From assembly GCA_963790205.1 (NCBI GenBank), contig CAWBNQ010000003.1:128001-192000 (forward strand): DNA of 64,000 bases. Reading direction: 5' to 3'. Source of the DNA: Nitrospirota bacterium (GTDB taxonomy: Bacteria; Nitrospirota; UBA9217). Shown here in pieces: positions 1-8,648 of the stretch. The position numbers and the translations under genes are program-made. The notes beneath the pieces are model-generated. The model saw nothing but the letters and a program-made list of their open reading frames with translations. It ran no database searches and was not told the DNA's origin. Positions within the stretch are counted from its first letter, which is position 1, and each line of letters opens with the position of its first letter.

Positions 1-387
1 GGCATACTGATCAAAGCCGGTGTTAAGAAGGTCGTTGATGCGCGTTTGAACAATAGTTCCCAGCTTGCAGGCTTTGCGAAAAAGGAAGACTTGAGATATT
101 TCTTAAAAGCGCTCGGAAATATCGATTATCATCATACGCCGATTATGGCGCCGACCGGAGAAATTCTTACTGAATATAAGAAGAATAAAGGTGACTGGCA
201 AATTTACGAGAAGAAGTTTCTGGCGCTCATGGAAGAACGGCGGCTTGAGAATGTTGTAAATCCGGCAGAGCTTGATGGGGCATGTTTGCTGTGCAGCGAG
301 GATTCACCGAAACAATGCCATCGCCGACTTGTGGCCGAATATCTGAAAAGCAAATGGGGTAACGTCGATATAGAACATCTTATTTGA
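1..387 (+). CDS. DUF488-family protein (5' end outside window)
   Basis: Frame is open from base 1 (GILIKAGVKKVVDARLNNSSQLAGFAK), with the C-terminal CLLCSE...CHRRLVAE motif typical of DUF488. Confidence 0.85.
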   Translation, partial: GILIKAGVKKVVDARLNNSSQLAGFAKKEDLRYFLKALGNIDYHHTPIMAPTGEILTEYKKNKGDWQIYEKKFLALMEERRLENVVNPAELDGACLLCSEDSPKQCHRRLVAEYLKSKWGNVDIEHLI

Positions 388-1097
388 CAGGGAGGCCTAG
401 CGTGGATATCATCGTTACGGATTTGACGAGATTCGCAAAGGATGATCTGGTTTGCATAGCGGGCATCGACGTAAAATCCAAGCAGTGTATAAGGCCATTG
501 CCCTATATCAAGAAAGAGGTTTGCAAGAAGCTGAAGATATTGCCGGGCGCGATACTGGAGGCGAATTTTACAAAACCGCCGAATGTTAATAAACCGCATA
601 CCGAGGATAGGCACTACAATAAACTTTCATTTAAAGGACCATGCACCTCGGATGAATTTGAAAGTATATTGAAAAGCTCGCTTTATCCCTCGATCAACGA
701 AGGTTTTAACGGCAAAGTGCCTGCTGGCGCCAAGGTGATCCCTCCTGACAGCCCTCCCTCCAGGTCCATTATCACGCTCAAACTGAAACCTACACAAATA
801 GAGATCGTCAGAAATGCATTTGACGCCAAGAATCTGCGGCTGAACATTCTTGACAATGACGATCGGAAGTATTCCTATTTGTCGATCACCGATCTCGGTT
901 TCCACAATTCATTCATTTCGAAAAAAACGGATCCCGATGAACTGAACGAATATGTTCAGGGCCAGAAGAAGCTCTACCTCAGAATTGGTTTGGGTCGTCG
1001 ATATAAGAATCCCACGGACGGGCGAGACGGCTTCTGGATTCAGGTGAATGGGATATATACCTTCCCTGAATTCATGACAAAAGTAAGAACGTATTGA
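384..1097 (+). CDS. Dual OB-fold domain-like protein, usual DUF488 neighbour
   Basis: N-terminal VCIAGID...IRP motif and C-terminal LRIGLGR...VNGI; overlaps the DUF488 stop; lower GC. Confidence 0.55.
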   Translation: MTGRPSVDIIVTDLTRFAKDDLVCIAGIDVKSKQCIRPLPYIKKEVCKKLKILPGAILEANFTKPPNVNKPHTEDRHYNKLSFKGPCTSDEFESILKSSLYPSINEGFNGKVPAGAKVIPPDSPPSRSIITLKLKPTQIEIVRNAFDAKNLRLNILDNDDRKYSYLSITDLGFHNSFISKKTDPDELNEYVQGQKKLYLRIGLGRRYKNPTDGRDGFWIQVNGIYTFPEFMTKVRTY

Positions 1098-1168
1098 AAG
1101 GCGGCGTCATCGTTGATGTCGGGGGACGACTAGGGGCTGTTGTTGAAATTGCGTTGTGTATGCATATC

Positions 1169-1200
1169 AAGGCCGGAGAGAACCCTCTCGGCCTTTTGTT
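1169..1200 (+). terminator. Intrinsic terminator-like hairpin; variants at ~1700-1730 and ~2724-2752
   Basis: AAGGCCGGAG...CTCTC(C)GGCCTTTT upstream of each dsbA-like copy. Confidence 0.6.
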
Positions 1201-1287
1201 TTTCAGCGCCTGTTTTTGGCAGGGCGGGGGAGTGATATTCTTTACTTATCAACAGCAGCCGTCCGGTCGTTTCCGGGGTGATCCAAT

Positions 1288-1701
1288 ATGAATACAACAA
1301 GTGACAAGATGATCGAGATCATCGAATTTACCGATCCTGTCTGTACCTGGTGCTGGGGCAGCGAACCGGTGCTCCGGAAGCTCGAAACCAGGTTCGGCGA
1401 ACAGGTAAAGATCAGCTACATCATGGGCGGGTTGGTCCAGGACATCACGTCATTCTACGACAGTTATAATGACATCGGCGGCGATCCGGACCGTTCCAAT
1501 AAGAATATTGCCAAGCATTGGGTGGATGCGTCGGCACGTCACGGCATGCCGGTAAAGAGCGAGGGCTTCAAGCTCTTTTCCAAAGAACATCCCTCGACGT
1601 ACCCGCAGAACATCGCCTATAAGGCCCACATCTTAGGGTCAGGTCTCTTTTGTTGCATGGAAGCTTGGCGGGGCATCCTTGAATCTGTAGTTATTTTTTA
1701 A
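1288..1701 (+). pseudogene. DsbA/YjbH-like thioredoxin-fold gene copy 1, truncated after about 113 codons
   Basis: DPVCTWCWG motif; similarity to copy 3 stops at ~1626, followed by the transposase end sequence. Confidence 0.9.
1636..1657 (+). repeat. Solo copy of the Y1-transposase terminal repeat
   Basis: GGGTCAGGTCTCTTTTGTTGCA, identical to 4073-4094. Confidence 0.95.
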
Positions 1702-1821
1702 GGCCGGAGGGTGTGCTCTCCGGCCTTTTGATTTTCAGAGCCTGCTTTCGGCATGACGGGGGAGTGATATACTTTATTCATCAACGGCAGCCGACTGGTC
1801 GTCTCCGGGGTATGACTCACT

Positions 1822-2706
1822 ATGAATACAACAAGTGACAAGATGATCGAGATCATTGAATTTACCGATCCTGTCTGTACCTGGTGCTGGGGCAGCGAAC
1901 CGGTGCTCCGGAAGCTCGAAACCAGGTTCGGCGAACAGGTAAAGATCAGCTACATCATGGGCGGGTTGGTCCAGGACATCATGTCATTCTATGACAGTTA
2001 TAATGACATCGGCGGCGACCCGGAACGGTCGAACAAAAACATTGCCAAGCATTGGGTGGATGCGTCGGCACGTCACGGCATGCCGGTAAGGAGCGAGGGC
2101 TTCAAGCTCTTTTCCAAAGAACATCCCTCAACGTACCCGCAGAACATCGCGTATAAGGCCGCACAGCTGCAGGACCAGGCGCTCGCAAACAAGTTCCTTC
2201 GGCGTATCCGGGAAGCGTCGGCTGCCGAGGCGAGGCAGACGAACACGACCGAAGTGCTGCTGGAACTGGCATCGGAAACAGGGCTCGATATTGCCCGCTT
2301 CCTCGATGACTTTACCCGTGGTCCGGCGCAAAAGGCCTTTGAGCAGGACCTTGCGATCACGGCCAAATACGGGGCACGCGGGTTTCCTTCATTTTTACTC
2401 AAATATGGGGAGAAAGAAATGGTGATCCGCGGGTACAAGCGGTATGAAGAGTTCAAGGCGCTGATCGGGCATCTGTCGGGCGGAGAAATACAGGAACTAC
2501 CGGTTTCGGCTGATGAAGGGTCCATCATGGCATTTATAATCCGGTATGGTTCCGTGGCGCTGATCGAGATCCGGATGACATTCGACCTCGGCGATGACGA
2601 ACTGAAGACCGTGATCGACTCGCTCTTGAACAAGCAGCTGGTCCAAAAGCGACATCTTAGGGTCAGGTCTCTTTTGTTGCATGGAGGCTTGGCGGGGCAT
2701 CCTTGA
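1822..2706 (+). CDS. DsbA/YjbH-like copy 2, native C-terminus replaced by a repeat-encoded tail
   Basis: Near-identical to copy 3 up to QKR (2651), then HLRVRSLLLHGGLAGHP read from the end sequence. Confidence 0.85.
   Translation: MNTTSDKMIEIIEFTDPVCTWCWGSEPVLRKLETRFGEQVKISYIMGGLVQDIMSFYDSYNDIGGDPERSNKNIAKHWVDASARHGMPVRSEGFKLFSKEHPSTYPQNIAYKAAQLQDQALANKFLRRIREASAAEARQTNTTEVLLELASETGLDIARFLDDFTRGPAQKAFEQDLAITAKYGARGFPSFLLKYGEKEMVIRGYKRYEEFKALIGHLSGGEIQELPVSADEGSIMAFIIRYGSVALIEIRMTFDLGDDELKTVIDSLLNKQLVQKRHLRVRSLLLHGGLAGHP
2660..2681 (+). repeat. Solo copy of the Y1-transposase terminal repeat
   Basis: GGGTCAGGTCTCTTTTGTTGCA, preceded by ACATCTTA as at 1628. Confidence 0.95.
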
Positions 2707-2843
2707 ATCTGTAGTTATTTGCTAAGGCCGGAGGGCGCGCTCTCCGGCCTTTGATTTTCAGCACCTGCTTTTGGTAGGGCGGGAGAGTGATATACTTTAT
2801 TTATCAAAGGCAGTTGCTGGCCGTCTCCGGGGTATGATTCACT

Positions 2844-3755
2844 ATGAACAAATTAAGTGACAAGATAATCGAGATCATTGAATTTACCGATCCTGTCTGT
2901 ACCTGGTGCTGGGGCAGCGAACCGGTGCTCCGGAAGCTCGAAACCAGGTTCGGCGAACAGGTAAAGATCAGCTACATCATGGGCGGGTTGGTCCAGGACA
3001 TCACGTCGTTCTATGACAGTTTTAACGACATCGGCGGCGACCCGGACCGGTCGAACAAAAACATTGCCAAGCATTGGGTGGATGCGTCGGCACGTCACGG
3101 CATGCCGGTAAGGAGCGAGGGCTTCAAGCTCTTTTCCAAAGATCATCCCTCAACGTACCCGCAGAACATCGCGTATAAGGCCGCACAGATGCAGGACCAG
3201 GCGCTCGCGAACAAGTTCCTCCGGCGTATCCGGGAAGCGTCGGCTGCCGAGGCGAGGCAGACGAACACGACCGAAGTGCTGCTGGAACTGGCATCGGAAG
3301 TAGGGCTCGATATTGCCCGTTTCCTCGATGACTTTACCCATGGTCCGGCGCAAAGGGCCTTTGAACAGGTCCTCGCGCTCACGGCCAAATACGGGGCGCG
3401 CGGGTTTCCTTCTTTTTTACTGAAATATGGAGAGAAAGAAATGCTGATCCGCGGGTACAAGCGGTATGAAGAGTTCAAGGCGCTGATCGGGCATTTGTCG
3501 GGCGGGGAAATCCAGGAACGTCCGGTTTCCGTGGATGAAGGGTCCATCATGGCATTTATAACCCGGTACGGCTCCGTGGCGGTGATAGAGATCCAGATGA
3601 CCTTCGACCTCGGCGATGATGAACTGAAGACCGTGATCGACTCGCTGCTGGGCAAGCAGCTGATCCAAAAGCGCGAAGCAGGCAACGGTTATTTCATCTC
3701 GGCAAAGGCCAGCGCCGCAGCGTGCGATCCCGCAACCGGCGTGTGTTCGATATAG
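2844..3755 (+). CDS. DsbA/YjbH(SpxH)-like thioredoxin-fold protein, full length
   Basis: CTWC motif, GFPS cis-Pro loop, C-terminal domain ending ACDPATGVCSI. Confidence 0.85.
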   Translation: MNKLSDKIIEIIEFTDPVCTWCWGSEPVLRKLETRFGEQVKISYIMGGLVQDITSFYDSFNDIGGDPDRSNKNIAKHWVDASARHGMPVRSEGFKLFSKDHPSTYPQNIAYKAAQMQDQALANKFLRRIREASAAEARQTNTTEVLLELASEVGLDIARFLDDFTHGPAQRAFEQVLALTAKYGARGFPSFLLKYGEKEMLIRGYKRYEEFKALIGHLSGGEIQERPVSVDEGSIMAFITRYGSVAVIEIQMTFDLGDDELKTVIDSLLGKQLIQKREAGNGYFISAKASAAACDPATGVCSI

Positions 3756-4072
3756 GGTCGGAGCGTGCGCATCCCTCATGGCGTTTGCGGAATGCGTTTG
3801 CTTTTTCGCCGCTGAAGCAGTCCCATGCGAAAATTTAGGAGTGCGATTGAGTCCGAGGGTTAAGCATTTCGGATGTCCGAAGACCGCAGGTCAAGTTTCC
3901 GAAATGTACCGAGGACGATTGAGCACGACGTGAAGAATTTTCGCCGGGTGCCCTTCTTTCGGTTACCTTTCTTCGGGCAAGCAAGAAAGGTGACAAAGAG
4001 AATGTATGGAATTTTGAGGGGGCCGTCTAACCCACCTCCCCCAACCCTTCCTTGTCAAGGAGGAGAATCTTA

Positions 4073-4997
4073 GGGTCAGGTCTCTTTTGTTGCATTTTGT
4101 CGTTTTCTCTGCTATCCTTGCCTTATGTCCCGCCCCCTCCGCATAGAATACGCCGGCGCTGTCTACCATGTGACCTCCCGAGGCAACGAGAAGAAGCCGG
4201 TCTTCAAGGATGATCACGACCGGGAAGCGTTCCTCAACACCCTTCGACACGTCAACAAACGGTATAACTGGATCTGCCACGCCTATTGCCTCATGACCAA
4301 TCATTACCACCTGCTCATCGAGACGCCGGAGGGAAATCTGTCCATCGGCATGCGGCAGCTCAACGGTGTGTACACGCAGCTCTTCAATAAGCAACACGGC
4401 AGGAACGGTCACTTGTTCCAAGGCCGCTACAAAGCGATCCTGATCCAGAAGGACAGCCACCTGCTGGAAGTATGCAGATATGTGGTGCTGAATCCGGTGC
4501 GGGCCAATATGGTGGAAGCACCGGAAGCATGGAAATGGTCCAGCTATCTTGCCACGGCGGGAAGGGCGAAGGCGCATCCCTCTCTCACGACGGAGTGGGT
4601 GCTCGGTCAGTTCAGCGGGAAGCAAGGAAAGGCGGAAAGCGAATACCGGCAGTTCGTCAAGTGGGGGATCGGTGAGCAGACGATCTGGACCGCTGTGCGG
4701 GGGCAGGCGCTTCTGGGCGAGGACGACTTTGTCGATACGCTGGTGGACCATCTCCAGAAGAAGAAGGACATCCCCGATATCCCGCGGAGCCAGCGATATG
4801 CAACACGACCGGACCTGCCAAAGCTGCTGCCCGATACAATAAAGAACGATCAGCGGAAGCTGAAGAAAAAGCTGCATGAAGCGGTGGAGAAATACGGTTA
4901 CCATCAGAGCCAGCTTGCGCGGCACCTGGCGGTCCATCGGTCCACGATCAGTCGCTGGCTGCAGGAACAGGAGCGTGCAACAAAAGAGACCTGACCC
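4073..4997 (+). mobile_element. 925-bp element with 22-bp perfect inverted repeats around a Y1 transposase
   Basis: 4073-4094 is the reverse complement of 4976-4997; the transposase stop codon lies inside the right repeat; no clear target duplication. Confidence 0.85.
4125..4994 (+). CDS. REP-associated tyrosine transposase-like (HUH/Y1, IS200-IS605 superfamily) with C-terminal HTH
   Basis: YHVTSRGN, YCLMTNHYHLL (HUH), LFQGRYKA, YVVLNPVRA, WKWSSY; C-terminal QSQLARHLAVHRSTISR. Confidence 0.92.
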   Translation: MSRPLRIEYAGAVYHVTSRGNEKKPVFKDDHDREAFLNTLRHVNKRYNWICHAYCLMTNHYHLLIETPEGNLSIGMRQLNGVYTQLFNKQHGRNGHLFQGRYKAILIQKDSHLLEVCRYVVLNPVRANMVEAPEAWKWSSYLATAGRAKAHPSLTTEWVLGQFSGKQGKAESEYRQFVKWGIGEQTIWTAVRGQALLGEDDFVDTLVDHLQKKKDIPDIPRSQRYATRPDLPKLLPDTIKNDQRKLKKKLHEAVEKYGYHQSQLARHLAVHRSTISRWLQEQERATKET

Positions 4998-5009
4998 TTG
5001 GAGGGGCGC

Positions 5010-5765
5010 ATGGCGCGAATATTCATAACCGGTTCCGCCGACGGTCTTGGCCTCATGGAGGCGCGGCTGCTGGTCAGCCAGGGCCACCAGGTCGTGCTGC
5101 ATGGACGGAGCCGACAGCGGGCAGATGAGGCGCTTTCCAAGGTCCCTGGTGCGCTCTCCGCGGTTGCGGGCGATCTGGCAAGCATCGCGGAAACGAAGTC
5201 CCTTGCGGACCGGGTGAACGAGCTGGGTCCTTTCGATGCCGTGATCCATAATGCAGGCGTCTATCTCGTGCCCCATGGCAGCCGGACCGTCGACGGCCTG
5301 CCGCAGATCTTTGCCGTGAACTCCCTGGCCCCCTATATCCTGACCTGCCTGATCAAGCGGCCGAAGCGCCTGATCTACACGAGCTCTGGTCTCCATCGAA
5401 GCGGCGATGCGAGCTTGAACGACCTGACGCGGGATGCATCGAGCGCCTACGCGGATTCGAAGCTGCACAACGTCATCCTTGCCTTTGCCGTTGCCCGCAA
5501 ATGGCCCGACGTACTGTCCAATGCAGTGGACCCCGGCTGGGCAGCAACGAAGATGGGGGGGCGGGGAGCCCCGGTCAGTGTCGAGGAAGGGGCGCGGACG
5601 CAGGTGTGGCTGGCAGCGAGCCGGGACAAGGAAGCCCTGGTCTCGGGAAGATATTTCCATCATCTACAACCCGGGAGCTGTCACCCGGCTGCGGCGGATC
5701 GCGTGGTGCAGGAAAAGTATTTTTCAGAATGCGCCCGCTTGTCCGGGATCGCGTTCCCTGATTAG
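5010..5765 (+). CDS. Short-chain dehydrogenase/reductase
   Basis: TGSADGLG, HNAG, YADSK motifs; GGAGG RBS directly after the transposon repeat. Confidence 0.9.
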   Translation: MARIFITGSADGLGLMEARLLVSQGHQVVLHGRSRQRADEALSKVPGALSAVAGDLASIAETKSLADRVNELGPFDAVIHNAGVYLVPHGSRTVDGLPQIFAVNSLAPYILTCLIKRPKRLIYTSSGLHRSGDASLNDLTRDASSAYADSKLHNVILAFAVARKWPDVLSNAVDPGWAATKMGGRGAPVSVEEGARTQVWLAASRDKEALVSGRYFHHLQPGSCHPAAADRVVQEKYFSECARLSGIAFPD

Positions 5766-6005
5766 GGGGGAAATCTCACCGGGAACGTTGGTCAACCACT
5801 TTAGCCCTCTCCCAAAAGGGAGAGAGTTGGGTGAGGGGGGACTTTCCCGGGTGTAACAATATTTACTTCGTTCGTATCAGACCCAGGCGTCCGCCCCGAG
5901 ACGGACGATCCCACAAAATACTCCGCTTTACTTTTTCCCGGCAATTGTGCATAATACAAATCCATTACTCATTAACGGACCGGTAAGGTTATCAGGAGGT
6001 TTCCC

Positions 6006-7667
6006 ATGGCATCAGTGAACAGACTGCCCCGTTCGCCCTGGAGGGCGATGATCGAAAGCGCGTTTTACGCAAATTCGGTCCGAAAGACCAGCATGGCCGA
6101 GCTCTACAAGCTTGCGCTCAAACAGCCTGAGGTAATGGCCACGGCCCATCCTTTTTACAAGCCGTCCCAATACGGTTTGCCGAAGGACGCAAAAGTGCTC
6201 GTCTCGAACGACGGCGGAATCGTGGGCCGGACCGCCCGGGCCAGGAGGCTTGTGCGCGAGATGGGCAAGGACCGCGACAAATACCTTCGCATCCTGGGAG
6301 AAGTCACCTTTCAGCTCAACAAGCGCGAAAGCCTGTGGCTCGAGGCCATCGTAGGACTCCACAAAGACTTCATGGTCAAGGCCCATATCCTGAGCCCGGC
6401 CACGGACGCAAAGAACATGTTCGACTGGGGATGCAACTTCACACCCTGGATGAAGCCGTGGAGCGAGGCATATAAAAAATCGAAGAAGCTCGATGAACCG
6501 GACATCCTGGTGATAGCAGATCCCGAGTGGTCAGATCCGGAATTCCCGAGCGGGCTGGTGATCATCGACGAGGAGGAGAACTGCATCGCCATCCTCGGGC
6601 TGCGCTATTTCGGCGAGAGAAAGAAGGGCACCTTGACGCTCGCCTGGACCATCGGCGTGCGGCTCAACATGGTGGCCTGCCACGGCGGCATCAAGACCAT
6701 CGGCAATTACCCGCCCGTGGCCGTGTTCGGGCTTTCCGGCTCCGGCAAGTCGTCACTTACGAACAGCCTCGACCACGACGGCCTGCTCAAGAAGAACGAA
6801 AAGGTCACCGTGATCCACGACGACGCGTTCCTGATCGGGCTTGATGAAAATCTGACGGTAGCGCTCGAGCCCTCCCTCTTCGACAAGACCGATGCCGTCA
6901 AATTCCGCGACCCCATCATCAAATACTTCTATTCGGCCCAGAACGTGGCGGTGACCGACGTCGGGAACGGCAAGCGAGAGATCGTCGGCGAGGACATCCG
7001 GAACGACAACGGCCGGTGCATCAAGTCCCGCGACATGTTCAGCATAGCCGATTCCTGCAGCCGGCCCGGACAGCTCATCTGGCTCCAGAAGGACCAGTCC
7101 CTGCCGCCGGTGATGAAGGTGGCCGACAAGGGCCTGGCGGTCGCCATGGGAGCGTCGCTCTCGACGCTTCGCGCCAAGGGCGTGGAAAACGTTCCCAAGG
7201 AGGAACTGGCGAAGCTCGTGATCGAGCCCTTTGCCAACCCCTTCCGGGTCCATCCGCTCATGGAGGACTGCCGCCAGTTCCTGAAGCTCTTCAAGCTCGG
7301 CACGGAGTGCTTCATCATGAACACGGGACACTTCGGCGTGCCCGGCGAGGAGCTCAAGGTCCCCAAGGAACTCTCCCTGTCCATCCTGACGCAGATGGTG
7401 CGCGGCAGGATCGAGTGGCGCGAGTGGAAGTCCTTCCCGGGTCTTTTCCTGCCCGCGAACGGCATCGACCTTTTCGGCTCGGACTACGACAAGAAATTCA
7501 AACCGTCCCGGAACCCCGAGTATCTCCAGTTCCTCCGCAACCGGATGCAGGACCGCATCACCTTCCTGTCGAACAAGCGCGACATCGAGCGCGACATGGA
7601 GAGCGCGTTCATCGACCCGCTCGTGGCCGCGAGGACGGTGATCGACAAGATATTGAACCCGATATAA
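6006..7667 (+). CDS. Phosphoenolpyruvate carboxykinase (ATP)-like protein
   Basis: YFGERKKG, CHGG, P-loop GLSGSGKS, HDD, EPFANPF. Confidence 0.8.
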   Translation: MASVNRLPRSPWRAMIESAFYANSVRKTSMAELYKLALKQPEVMATAHPFYKPSQYGLPKDAKVLVSNDGGIVGRTARARRLVREMGKDRDKYLRILGEVTFQLNKRESLWLEAIVGLHKDFMVKAHILSPATDAKNMFDWGCNFTPWMKPWSEAYKKSKKLDEPDILVIADPEWSDPEFPSGLVIIDEEENCIAILGLRYFGERKKGTLTLAWTIGVRLNMVACHGGIKTIGNYPPVAVFGLSGSGKSSLTNSLDHDGLLKKNEKVTVIHDDAFLIGLDENLTVALEPSLFDKTDAVKFRDPIIKYFYSAQNVAVTDVGNGKREIVGEDIRNDNGRCIKSRDMFSIADSCSRPGQLIWLQKDQSLPPVMKVADKGLAVAMGASLSTLRAKGVENVPKEELAKLVIEPFANPFRVHPLMEDCRQFLKLFKLGTECFIMNTGHFGVPGEELKVPKELSLSILTQMVRGRIEWREWKSFPGLFLPANGIDLFGSDYDKKFKPSRNPEYLQFLRNRMQDRITFLSNKRDIERDMESAFIDPLVAARTVIDKILNPI

Positions 7668-7729
7668 ACTTTTTGCCACAGAGGGCACCCCCGGTTCAAG
7701 CATTCGGGGGCAGGCGCCAAGAAAATCGA

Positions 7730-7762
7730 AAGGCCGGGGCGGTAAATGCTCCGGCCTTTTTT
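7730..7762 (+). terminator. Intrinsic terminator
   Basis: AAAGGCCGGGGC...GCTCCGGCCTTTTTT after the PEPCK-like gene. Confidence 0.75.
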
Positions 7763-7775
7763 GCGTTTTCCTGCA

Positions 7776-7804
7776 TAGACAAATGGTATCCTAGTTGGTA
7801 TAAT
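7776..7804 (+). promoter_or_regulatory. Sigma70-type promoter of the TA operon
   Basis: TAGACA-17 bp-TATAAT. Confidence 0.7.
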
Positions 7805-7832
7805 AGTGTTACAAAATACAAGGAGGTATGCC

Positions 7833-8069
7833 ATGACTATATCAAAGGCTACCATTAAAGGACAAGTGCTTATTCCCGCCAGGCTCAGAAAAAAGTTTAA
7901 TATTAAAAAAGGCACCCGCGTCGCCATATCGGAAGGGGAGGGGAACGTCATCCTGATAAAACCGGTCCCCGACGACCCGATCGAGGCGTCCCGGGGAATG
8001 CTGAAGGGCAAAACATCGATGACGAAGGCCCTGCTGAAGGACCGGCACGAGGAGGCGAAGCGTGGATAG
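7833..8069 (+). CDS. AbrB/MazE/SpoVT-type antitoxin
   Basis: KGQVLIPARLRKKFNIKKG motif; AGGAGG RBS. Confidence 0.9.
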   Translation: MTISKATIKGQVLIPARLRKKFNIKKGTRVAISEGEGNVILIKPVPDDPIEASRGMLKGKTSMTKALLKDRHEEAKRG

Positions 8070-8466
8070 TTCCTACGTCCTCGACAGCTATGCGCTCATT
8101 GCACACCTGGAGGACGAAGCCGGGGGAGAGCAGGTCAGAAAGATTCTTAGGGCAGCTAAGGCAGGGAAGACAAAACTCTATCTTTCAGCGATCAATCTCG
8201 GCGAGCTCTATTACAATACGTTCAGGGAGCGGGGCCGGGAAAAAGCGGACGAAGTGGTGTTCATCACGGAACAACTGCCCATTACTATTGTAAATGCCGA
8301 TATGACTATTACCCTGGAAGCCGCGCGACTGAAGGGCAAGCATCCTGTCGCTTACGCGGACTGTTTTGCCGCGGCGCTCGGAGTTCAAAAAAAGGCCAAG
8401 GTGGTGACGGGCGATCCGGAATTCAAGAAGTACGGTGAGACCGTGTCTGTTGAATGGATCGGATGA
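8062..8466 (+). CDS. vapC: VapC-family PIN toxin
   Basis: YVLDSYAL, NLGEL, YADCFA, VTGDPEF; overlaps the antitoxin gene. Confidence 0.9.
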   Translation: MDSSYVLDSYALIAHLEDEAGGEQVRKILRAAKAGKTKLYLSAINLGELYYNTFRERGREKADEVVFITEQLPITIVNADMTITLEAARLKGKHPVAYADCFAAALGVQKKAKVVTGDPEFKKYGETVSVEWIG

Positions 8467-8648
8467 AGACGCATCCCGACAGTTCATCCGGTTGGCCGGA
8501 ATATGAGGCGATGAACCATACTTGGAGGGGATCGGACTGGTCGATCCGAGGACCCGCGAGCCCATCCGCTCGACATGGGATGGGCTTGAACGTTTCCACT
8601 GATTTTAAAATCGGTAAATAATTCGTTTTGTATGATGCGACGCAAACC

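Noticed and set aside
1094..1291. 65-aa ORF between the dual-OB-like gene and dsbA
   Set aside because: It spans the terminator and promoter, and the frame is not kept in the equivalent regions of copies 2 and 3
1288..3755. Diversity-generating retroelement explanation for the repeated dsbA segments
   Set aside because: No reverse transcriptase in the window, and the differences are not adenine-specific
1628..4997. CRISPR array or classical integron reading of the 22-bp repeats
   Set aside because: Spacing is 0.9-1.4 kb, the repeats have no attC boxes, and there are no cas or intI genes
3963..5663. 566-aa minus-strand ORF and the many other long antisense ORFs in the track
   Set aside because: They are shadows of well-supported genes in high-GC DNA and carry no recognisable motifs
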